Source: Bigelowiella natans CCMP2755 (Eukaryota; Protista; Cercozoa). Taken from it: a stretch of DNA of 64,000 bases. Positions within the stretch are counted from its first letter, which is position 1, and every line of letters begins with the position of its first letter. Under the pieces are notes generated by a model. It was not told where the DNA came from and ran no database searches. It was given only the letters and a program-made list of their open reading frames with translations. Positions 54,071 through 64,000 of the stretch are shown here, in pieces. Where the stretch lies: positions 26,101-90,100 of the forward strand of contig ADNK01003147.1 in the NCBI GenBank assembly GCA_000320545.1, in the 5' to 3' direction. The position numbers and the translations under genes are program-made.

Positions 54071-57000
54071 ATGGACCCAAGCCCCACCCCTCCCTCCTCA
54101 AATAACAACAATTTCACTCGCAAGGTAATTGCGGCCGTACTCATAGGCAGCGCTGCTCTCATGTTAATTGCACGACCAAGCTCCATCAGGTGAGAATATA
54201 GTTTCTATTCCTACAGGACAAACCATCATCGCCACATTTTACTTAATCTGTCCACAGAACTTTATCGAGGCCTATCATTGCGAAAGCTACCTCTTCACGC
54301 CCGATCCAAGGTTAATCAAACAACTATACAAATCCTATATTTTTAATGTGGTAAACTATTATTAGTCGGCGCAACAATGGTGGCTGCCGCAGCACTTGCG
54401 GGAAGCATGCGCCGCTTGATGAAGACGAAACAAGGAAGAAAACTAAGTATCAAGGTGTGGTATTGCAGTTGTTTAGTTTATGATTTATTCATCTTCGAGT
54501 GAGAAAGAAGGCGGTATGTATATATATACACCACGACGATCACCAACTCAGGCCGCAGCAGCAGCATCAAAACGAGATGATCCTTGGCAGGCTTTTGAGC
54601 AGTTGCCCCTCAAACTTGGGTAGTATTGTTGCATGTAGTGAAGGCATATACGAACAAGTTTGTATAGTAATACAGCAATGTATCATATTTCGTAATATTA
54701 GATCATAGACAAACAGAATCGGTGCTATCATATAACAGAGTTGGAACTAGAATAAATACTGCAGAATTCTATATAAAATAATAATAATAATATAGAAAAC
54801 AACGCCAATAATAGGGCCACAGTAGTAGTGTCAATTATTTCACGCGAAACAAGCTTTGAAAGGGAGAGTCTATATTATAGTTCTTCTCCCTCCTCCCACG
54901 ATGTTCAAACGTAATTTAACGACTACAACAGGAAAACCCCCCCAGTTCCGAAGAGGATCCCTCATAAGGTAGAGTAGGTTCCTTTCAAATGACATAGTAG
55001 TAGTAGTAATACAACTTATAAATGTATCTTGTCTTACTTTTATTTGTTTTCTTCCACCCGTCGCCCATGCATTAGGTTGCTTTCGGAACAGTTGAGGGAG
55101 AGGATAGAGGTGCCCCTCAAACGGTAAGACGTACAAACACCATATCACAAAAATTATTTGTTACTGAATTGTGATTCAAAACAACACAACTTCTCTCGAA
55201 CCTACTGTTGCTTTGCTTCTTAGTTAATAAACCCTCCAAGATACAGGGAAGATGATCTTTTTTGGATGAGAGATGACGATAGAAAGGTTTCATAGTTTTA
55301 TTAATAGTTAAATAGCAATTATGTAAGGGTTGCAAATGGCCGAAAGAGGGGTATGTATGTATGCATGTATGTAGTTAGTAGCTTTGTATTCCCAACCATC
55401 TAGTCTGACAATATGATATAATAAGAAACGGTATATTACTTAATGATTGATATATAATGTTTGTTACAGAACCCAGAGATCCTGCAGCATCTTGAGAGTG
55501 AAAATGCATACACCAACCATCAAACTCATCATCTGAGAGCACCAAGGGAGACAATCTACAAAGAGGTAGTAGGTAGTAGAACTACTGCCTCATGACAAAT
55601 ATGATGGTGCTGCAATTGTCCTCCCCACTCGTAAAGAACCATGATCGTTCGCGGCCTTACAAACAAACCCACGTTCTTATTCTTCTTCGGTCTGCCTTTG
55701 AAACAAACCCACGTGCTTCTTCTTCTTCTTTTTCAGATATTATCACATGTGCAAGAAACAGATGAAACATACCCGTATAGAAGGTATATGATAGATATTT
55801 ATGTTCGCTTGATTATTAGCATTGTAATGTAATCAGTATATGAGCTCTATTCAAATAATTGACTTATTCTTAGGGGGGCTTACGAATACTATTCACGCAC
55901 AATCGAGGTGCTGTAATTGCTATTGTTTATTTGTCCAACCTCAATGTGTTTGTTGATTAAATAGTAAGTCATTTCAATCAATCTTTCATCAGGGGAGCTC
56001 TTATAAAATTAGATGCCGACGAAAATCTGGTTTGAATGTAGAAGAGGTTTGATGTTTGGCTAAACATAATTGGACTTTAAACCACTGTGATAGCACTGAA
56101 ACATATCGATTGTTGTTGTTACTGCTGTATCTATATAAAGGTTTTCCTTGACGAAAATGAATTAGCCAAGGGCAAGAGCCATTGCGAAGTTGGCGATTTT
56201 GATGTAATATAATAAGTAAGGAGAAGAAAAAGAAGAAGAAGCAGCAGCAGCAGCAGCATAGATCAAAACATCAGTAAATATAAGAATGATATGTGATATA
56301 AACTACTACTTATTGTTGATGTTCAGTTAAACGTATTTGATCTAATATTATTATTATTTCTTTGAAGGTGAGCAAAAGCCAAGCAATACTAGCATTCACT
56401 GTTGATGAGTTTGGTTATGAGGTAATTGCAGTCGTAGTAGCAGTAGTAGAAGAGATTGTCATTCAAAGTACCCACCACCCACATAAATCAATTACATCGT
56501 TTGGCAACTAGTTTGTGTGTATTATATTACTTCATATATTATTAAAGTGAGAAAGCAGCAATTTTTGCAAAATGAGAAATACTAAATCCTATTTACACAG
56601 GAGTACTCATTGAGGTTTAAGGATCTAACAACAGGTAGGCATCATCCAGTAAAACACCAACCAGAACATAGATTGCAGCAGCCATTGCTTCTGCACACTA
56701 GCATATAAGATTATAGGGAGTTGTTATTAAGAGAAAGAGAGACTATCAATTACTTGGTATTGACAACGACGATGATAAATAATTTACGATCAGGGAGGAT
56801 GCTGGAGGATGTGATTCCTAAGACCTCAGGGAAGGTTGTCTTTGGTAACGATGAAAAGACTGTTTTCTATGCAACAATGGACGAGGCACATAGAACTGAT
56901 AAGGTGCTAGTAGTACTAGTAGTAGTACCAGTAGTACTAGTAGTAGTACTGTTAAGTATATGGATCTACTACTACTAATCACATTCTCACAATCGAGGAT

Positions 57001-58347
57001 GTGTGTGTGTGTGTGTGTGTGTGCGTGTTTGTGCGTGTTTGTGCGTGTTTGTGTAGGTCTGGATGCACAGGATTGGAACTCCTGTTTCTTCCGATATTCT
57101 TCTTTACCAGGTAATAAGGAAGTAGTCAGTAAGTTACAGAGGGGGGGGGGGAAGAGGAGGAGGGGGATGGGGGGAACAAGGAGCGACTATACAACATTAT
57201 CTACTAATGACATATTTATACTCTGCAAACATAACAACACACACGTACACACACATGCATGCATGCATGCATGCATGTGCACATATAATAGTAAAAATAT
57301 ATACAACGAATTAGCTTTTAATTTTGTGATATAATGTGATAATCTTGCTATTGTGTGTTTGCAGGAGGACGATACAGTTTTTGATGCTGGCTTTGAAAAA
57401 AGCTCTTCTCAAAAATTCTTATTCTTTTCTTCCTCTTCGAGGTGCTAATTTTGTTGTTAAAATTTGTTTAACTCGATAGAATACGTTGTTTCTGACACAC
57501 TTCTATGATTAACAGCGAGACGTCTGAAGTTTGGGCTTTGAAGTTGGAGGAGGATGGGAAACAACTGCTGTCATCAATATCATCCAATACCGTGCCTAAA
57601 TACGTACGTAATGATAGTGATAATAGTAATAGCAGTTTTCAAATGTTCCTGGGTCATTGCTTTACATTTTACCTTTGGTATTTATACTCGCTTACAGCCT
57701 CCACCTACGGATAATGATGATAATGATAACAATAAATAGTAATAATAATGATGATGATGATGATGATGAATACCTTGCATTACATATCAATTAGTGTTTA
57801 CGTCCTCGCCAAAAGGGCATTTTATACGAAGTCGATCATCATTCACGGTATTATGAGTTTATAATGGTAGTGGTAGTAGTAGCAGCAGTAGTAGTAGTAA
57901 AAGGTAGTAGGGAGAAATTAGGATAAGGGGGTACTGATGATGCTGCTGGTAGTGTTAATTAAAATAACACCACAAAGTTTATCAAAGCAAATAAATTAGC
58001 AAAACAATTATATAATATTAGCAATAACCAACACTTGATGAAGCAGTGATTGCTACCACGCCTTCCTCATTATGATAATCACGAAAGTATGATATTTCTC
58101 TACTATTCAGAGATTTTTACATCACAACAAATGTCGACGGAGCGACTAACTTCAAATTGGTACTACACAGACACCAGATACACGCACACAACGCATACAC
58201 ACACACACATTAAAAGATATTCATCTAATAATAATAGTAATAATAATAATACTCAAGAATGTAGATCATTTTTGGGTAGTAATAGAAGTAGTAGTAGTAA
58301 AATGTGGAGAAAGAGAAAACTCAAAAAGGAGCAATGAAAAGTAGTAT

Positions 58348-58380
<33 letters not shown>

Positions 58381-58619
58381 TGTTGTTGTATTATTGATTT
58401 TCTTCTTCTTCGTCAAGGTAAAAGTTGATGCTGAGGAAGCAGCAGCTGGAAAGGAGGACGCTAAATGGCAGGATGTTTTCCCATACGATGCAGATGTATG
58501 CCTTTCATTGTTTTTAAGCTTTAAATAAATCAGAATTTTCATGTATCATCATCCACTTCTAAGTTTTTTATATAATCCTCTCCCGACGAATGGTGTCGTT
58601 GTTTGCTTCCTTCCTCCTC

Positions 58620-58661
<42 letters not shown>

Positions 58662-58827
58662 ATTAGGTACTACAAACTTCCAATACAGTACTGATTATGA
58701 TCTCAGCAAATAACAACATGTATAAAATTAGGTGAAAATCAATGAAGTTCATTGTTTCAATTCGTTTATTGCTATCACGGGAAGGCAAGGAGGGTTTTCT
58801 CAGGTGACTAGATAATGCGCGTTAGAG

Positions 58828-58864
<37 letters not shown>

Positions 58865-59584
58865 CAGAAAGAGAGGGGGGGTGGTTATGTGGGAAATAGT
58901 TTACATGACTCCCTCCATGAAACGAATAATGTAAGGTTGTTATGTGTTGTTGTTTATTACTAATTCATTTTTATCGCAGATTTGGACTTTTGACCCTTCT
59001 GACCCAAAAAGTACCAAAAATATTTTGCAGTTTGAAGAAGAGGTAGGTTTCTATTCAATATTCTATTCATTATTATTATTATTTGTTGTTGTTATTATTG
59101 TTATTGTTGTTATCAGAGTATTATCATTCTTGTTGTTTGACAAACCAAATAATTGATATAAAAACTGATAATAATTAGTATAAAGGGAGAATTCTCTTAG
59201 TAGCAGTAGTAGCAGTAGCATTGGTAGTTGTAGTATAAAACTCAGTAATTGTTGTGTAGTTAATAAAGGAGGATGAAAAGATGCACTATTACCATATATA
59301 TCTACTCGTATTAATAATTATCTGGATATGATAATGGAGGATTTCAGAGATGATATAGTAGTAGTAGTAGTGGTGGTGGTGGTGGTGGTAGTAGTAGTCG
59401 TCATATACTATTTGATACTTTTGCTGCAAGTACTGCTACTACTAGTATTTCCACTAGTTGGTTTATGGGTTTGATAGGTCGGTGTGTTGTTGTTGTTGTT
59501 AGGCACATACTGTGGATATAGGGCCAAACTTTGATTTTGGAACTACGAAACTCAGACTTACTTATGGATCTCTTGTGACTCCAC

Positions 59585-59616
<32 letters not shown>

Positions 59617-59715
59617 GTGTGCTGCTGCTGCTGCTACAAATATTATTCTACTTATTGGATGCTTATTAGTCTGTTGAATGTAAATATTATTCTTCTTCCG
59701 AATCCATCTGCTACA

Positions 59716-59752
<37 letters not shown>

Positions 59753-60623
59753 TTAGGAGAGATTATGAGTACACTCCAAGCACATCTTCCTTGCAAATAC
59801 TGAAGCAACAGGTACTAGCAGCTGCTTAATCTTGCAAACTGAGGAATTGGGGGAAGATAATGATGTCTATTATTATTATTTTTTTTTTTTTTTTTTTCTA
59901 TTATGAGGATGATAATGATGACGATGATATGAGAATTCTAATTCGTTCCTTTGTCTTTTATATAAATTCTTTCATTCTATAACATTATTGTACGCTGACA
60001 CACGTGCATTGTGATGTTCAGAAAGTACCCCTTTATGATCGAAGCAAGTACTCTTCCGAGAGAATTGAAATCAAATCCCGAGATGGAACCCTCATTCCAG
60101 TGTCCCTGGGTATTATCAATCAAGCATTTAATCAATTTATAAAATAATATGTAGTCTACAACAAGGAGAAGGAGAATGCAGACGAGAGAGGAAGAATGAC
60201 TTTTTCCACAAAGAAAACTAGTTGTTGGGACAATCAACTGTTATTATGTTATTAGTTGCTTATGATTTGTTTCTATTGATGTGTAGTTTACCGTGAGGAC
60301 CTCATTGATAAGAAAAAAACCAATGCGTTGCATCTGTATGGGTAGTATCGACTTTATACACCTAATCATGATTGCTATCATCCATCCCATCCATCCATCA
60401 TCACTATTTGTTTGTTCACTATAGTACTATTATTAGATCTACACGATCGCATAATAAATTAGTGGAAACACCACTACTACTACTACTACTACAACTACTA
60501 CTACTTTAATATCATAAACTAATATGTCCTTTCTATAATACTACAACAACTAAAGGTATGGGTCATACGAGATAAGCATTGATCCAGAGTTTGCAACAAC
60601 AAGGCTCCCACTTCTCGATAGGG

Positions 60624-60660
<37 letters not shown>

Positions 60661-61334
60661 GATCATGATATATACAAGAGCAGCAATGATTGTGTGGTGA
60701 TTTGATAACGATGATATGTTTGCTTAAAATGATTACATTGTCATCACATCATCATCATCATATGTTTCCTATTATGATCATTGTCATCACTCGTATAGGG
60801 TGTTATTTTCGCTATTGCTCACGTACGAGGTGGGGGTGAGATGGGGAGAACTTGGTATGAATCGGCTAAGTACTCAAACAAGGTATAAAAGAAGGAAATT
60901 AGGAAGGAAGGAAGAGAGCAGTATTTATTTGTTTAGGAATTGTGTTTGTTATTATTGCATCACATGATGTTCTGCATGCACATGAAGTAGTAAGTAGTAC
61001 TGATTGCTAGTCTGATGATTCTCAGCAACAACATTTCCTTCAGAATTCTGGTTTTGGCTCACTCTGCTGCTGCAAATACTTTGTATTGTGTTTGGATTAT
61101 TCCATCTTCAGGCGCGAACCTTCACGGATTTCATTGATTGTGCAAACGCACTCATTAATTTAAAATGGACTAGCTCTAAGCAGCTCTCAATTGAAGGTTC
61201 GTTTGACAAAATGCCGATACATTAATGATGAAAATAGAATACATCGCATTAATGATGAAAATAGAATACATCTCAGAATAATAATCCACCCAGTAGGGCT
61301 ATCAGTAGGAAAACATGATTCATGATTATGTTGA

Positions 61335-61368
<34 letters not shown>

Positions 61369-61461
61369 GCTTCTGCACAAAAGGGAGGAGTGCTGGAGGG
61401 TTGTTGGTAGGTGCTGTGGTCAACATGGCCCCAAGGCTCTTCAAGGTATCATAATTAGTAC

Positions 61462-61493
<32 letters not shown>

Positions 61494-61991
61494 TTGATGT
61501 TATTAGCTTGTCGTAGTTAGTGTTACGCTGATAGACAGAAGAAGAAAAAATTATACTAATTGATGATTGAATGAGCAGTAAGTAGGTTTTGCGTTGATTT
61601 ATTATCAAAAATTAGGCAGCAGTGGCTGGAGTACCGTTTGTGGATGTGATGAACACGATGTTAGTGATTGCTAATTACTATTTTTCATGAATTACAGAAA
61701 TTGCAAAGTAGTTGGTGCAATGATGCTAAATTATTATTTCTAGTGATTATCATGTAAATACAATCTATTTGTGTTCTTCAAGTTGTCAAGATTCTTAAAG
61801 TATTTTTTTCCTTTAGATTATTCACAAATTGTTGTTGTTAGGTCGGATCCAAGCATTCCTCTAACGACAGGCGAATGGGAGGAATGGGGAAATCCCAATA
61901 TGGAACAAGGATATAACGATATGGTAGGAGTAGTAATAGTAGTAGTAGTAAACGATGATGATGTTGAGGAAAAGTGATGAGACGGAGATAA

Positions 61992-62053
<62 letters not shown>

Positions 62054-62752
62054 AAAGTAATTTACAAATACATTATATCTTATGATACTATGGTTTTTGG
62101 AATACAGCTCAAGTATTCTCCATATGATAACATCGGAGCTCAAGACTATCCAGCAATGTTTGTTTCATCAGGGTGACTTAGCATAAACACATAGTCTCAC
62201 ACTGTAGGGAAATGATAGTCTATGATGCGGAACAAATACTCGTTTTTCTTCTACCTTTTGATAGATTATACGATCCACGGGTTGCTTATTGGGAACCTGC
62301 AAAGTGGGTATCAAAGCTGAGACATTTTAAAACAGGTGGTAGTAATGATGGTTGTTTGTTGTAGTGATAGTAGGAGGAGGACATGTCGTTAAATAGTCGC
62401 TGTAGTATTTACGGACGTGTCTACAACATATTGGGCATGGATGTTCGTACTTTGTACATTTAGACATACATCGAGATCCATTGTTTGCGCCAAAAGATTG
62501 TTGTTTGAACCGCCGCGTGTTGTCATCGTTTCCGTTTAGATAACAATCCAATTCTTCTAAAAATGGATCTGAGTGCAGGGCATTTCAGTGCTTCTGACCG
62601 ATACCGGTACCTTGAATGAATAATCTCAGTTGATGTAGTTACGGTTTGATCGATGAATCGAATGCATCTGTTATCTGACTCGTGCTAGGTACTTCTGGGA
62701 AAGATCACTTGAAATATGTTTCATTCTAGACCAGTTGAAATGTTTAAAATGA
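54071..62752 (+). CDS. ptrB: Oligopeptidase B (prolyl oligopeptidase family S9A)
   Basis: Many tiny exons: KPPVPKRIPHK, WMRDDDRK, HLESENAYT, HVQETDETYPYR, FLDENELAKG, YGSYEISIDP, AIAHVRGGGEMGRTWYE, FTDFIDCA, GRSAGGLLVGAVVN (catalytic Ser), GVPFVDVMNTM, DPSIPLTTGEWEEWGNP, YSPYDNI, DPRVAYWEPAKWV (Asp), MDLSAGHFSASDRY (His). Stop at 62750-62752. N-terminal exons uncertain. Confidence 0.95.
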
Positions 62753-62760
62753 AAGGAACA

Positions 62761-63645
62761 TCACATGTGATGGACCTTTCAAGTTTTCTTTCAATCTTGT
62801 CCTGTCGTTGCAAATTGGAGGACAACATAACTGGACACGGGAACTGTGTTTTGGTGTAGTGTCGTTTGGAATTCGGAAACAATGAGACAAAAAATCTTTG
62901 TGGATGTCAGCATGCAAGCTTGCGGGTGATCCATCTTGAAATTGCACCAAAATTGTGATCTGGAGAAACTTGAACTGTTCACGTGCACATGAATTTGCAG
63001 GTCCAGCAAAACTGGACATCACGCCTAAACGTGAGCCCTCGCAAAGGACGTCGTGTGCGCGCAAAATTGGACAAAAACTCGCCATGTTGTGCCAAAAAGT
63101 GTGCGCACACGCGCGCATTTCCACAAAAACAAGTGTGTGGAGTGAAGCGACTCCAACGATGGGAGTGTGATTGGTTCTGTGAAAAATCGAACCCAGAAAT
63201 CAGGGGCTTCGATTGCCAACAATCTCCAATGCAACCGGCTTCTGATTGCCAAGAAAAGTCATTTTTTGTGGTTTTGTGAATGGTGTGCGCTTGACCACGC
63301 CAGCACGTTGCAAATGGTGTCAATTGCCTCTGGATCTCCAAGTCTCGCTGCATCAGCTCGGCCTCACACTTTGTCATCTGATCAAACACAAACTCTGAAA
63401 ACCCTCTAGCACTGTCAAACATGCAACGAACCTTCTGCATTGCAAGGTTGGCACTTCGAAGCTTTTTTGCTCCAGCAAATCAAAATTGCAACGCAGTCTA
63501 ATCAATCTCCGATGAACATCCTCAGGGTCACAGCTGCTCAAACCGTGCAACGTTGCACAGTGTGACGAGCGGGGCCATGATGTGACCGCACACCTGTCCA
63601 AAACCAAGGACGCGCGTGTGCACCGAATCGAAATTGTGCGAGTTT
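62761..63645. other. TpA-depleted subtelomeric island
   Basis: 5 TpA in 885 nt, 4 in CTA/TAG. Confidence 0.9.
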
Positions 63646-63646
63646 G

Positions 63647-63995
63647 TTAGGGTTAGGGTTAGGGTTAGGGTTAGGGTTAGGGTTAGGGTTAGGGTTAGGG
63701 TTAGGGTTAGGGTTAGGGTTAGGGTTAGGGTTAGGGTTAGGGTTAGGGTTAGGGTTAGGGTTAGGGTTAGGGTTAGGGTTAGGGTTAGGGTTAGGGTTAG
63801 GGTTAGGGTTATTTGTTAGGGTTAGGGTTAGATGGGTTCGGGTTAGGGTTAGGGTTAGGGTTAGGGTTAGGGTTAGGGTTAGGGTTAGGGTTAGGGTTAG
63901 GGTTAGGGTTAGGGTTAGGGTTAGGGTTAGGGTTAGGGTTAGGTTAGGGTTAGGGTTAGGGTTAGGGTTAGGGTCAGCCTCCACGTTAGGGTTAG
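63647..63995 (+). repeat. Telomeric (TTAGGG)n array, ~50 units with a few variants
   Basis: Directly visible. The G-rich strand points toward the window end, as expected at a right chromosome end. A short non-telomeric interruption lies at 63974-63985. Confidence 0.95.
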
Positions 63996-64000
63996 TCGAT

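Larger units (their letters stand above)
12200..62050. repeat. Dense intronic microsatellites: (TA)n, (CA/TG)n, (GA/TC)n, (GAT)n, (TAG/CTA)n, (CAA)n, (GAA)n
   Basis: Examples at 12885-12952, 13698-13858, 24147-24197, 44850-45000, 47220-47350 and 49310-49445. Almost all lie between recognisable exons. Confidence 0.95.

Noticed and set aside
63538-63984. ORFs of NP/LT/VR dipeptide repeats
   Set aside because: Translations of the telomeric repeat.

Overview
Intron-rich eukaryotic (protist-like; possibly a chlorarachniophyte-type alga, not provable here) subtelomeric window ending in a (TTAGGG)n array. Genes from left to right: (1) a giant minus-strand NLR-like gene (SAM - CHAT protease - STAND NTPase - NB-ARC - 20 x 44-aa TPR - SEA-like GSV linker - second CHAT) that runs off the left edge and is therefore largely missing from the ORF track; (2) a Sel1-repeat protein with a PARP-like tail; (3) a large secreted lectin-like mosaic protein; (4) a 2-TM Cys-rich protein; (5) a PH-domain protein; (6) a berberine-bridge-type FAD oxidase pseudogene; (7) a CPBP/CAAX protease; (8) a TVP15/COPI-associated protein with EF-hands; (9) NOC1/MAK21/CEBPZ; (10) oligopeptidase B. 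The strongest unexplained signal is compositional. Most intergenic spacers other than divergent promoters are almost free of the dinucleotide TpA and rich in TpG/CpA, yet keep CpG. The few surviving TpAs sit mostly in CTA/TAG (often GCTA/TAGC), while genes and their (TA)n-filled introns are untouched. This suggests a context-specific A:T-to-G:C hypermutation of silent DNA (an adenine-directed counterpart of RIP) that spares the context found in the telomere repeat. All counts and exon models were made by eye.
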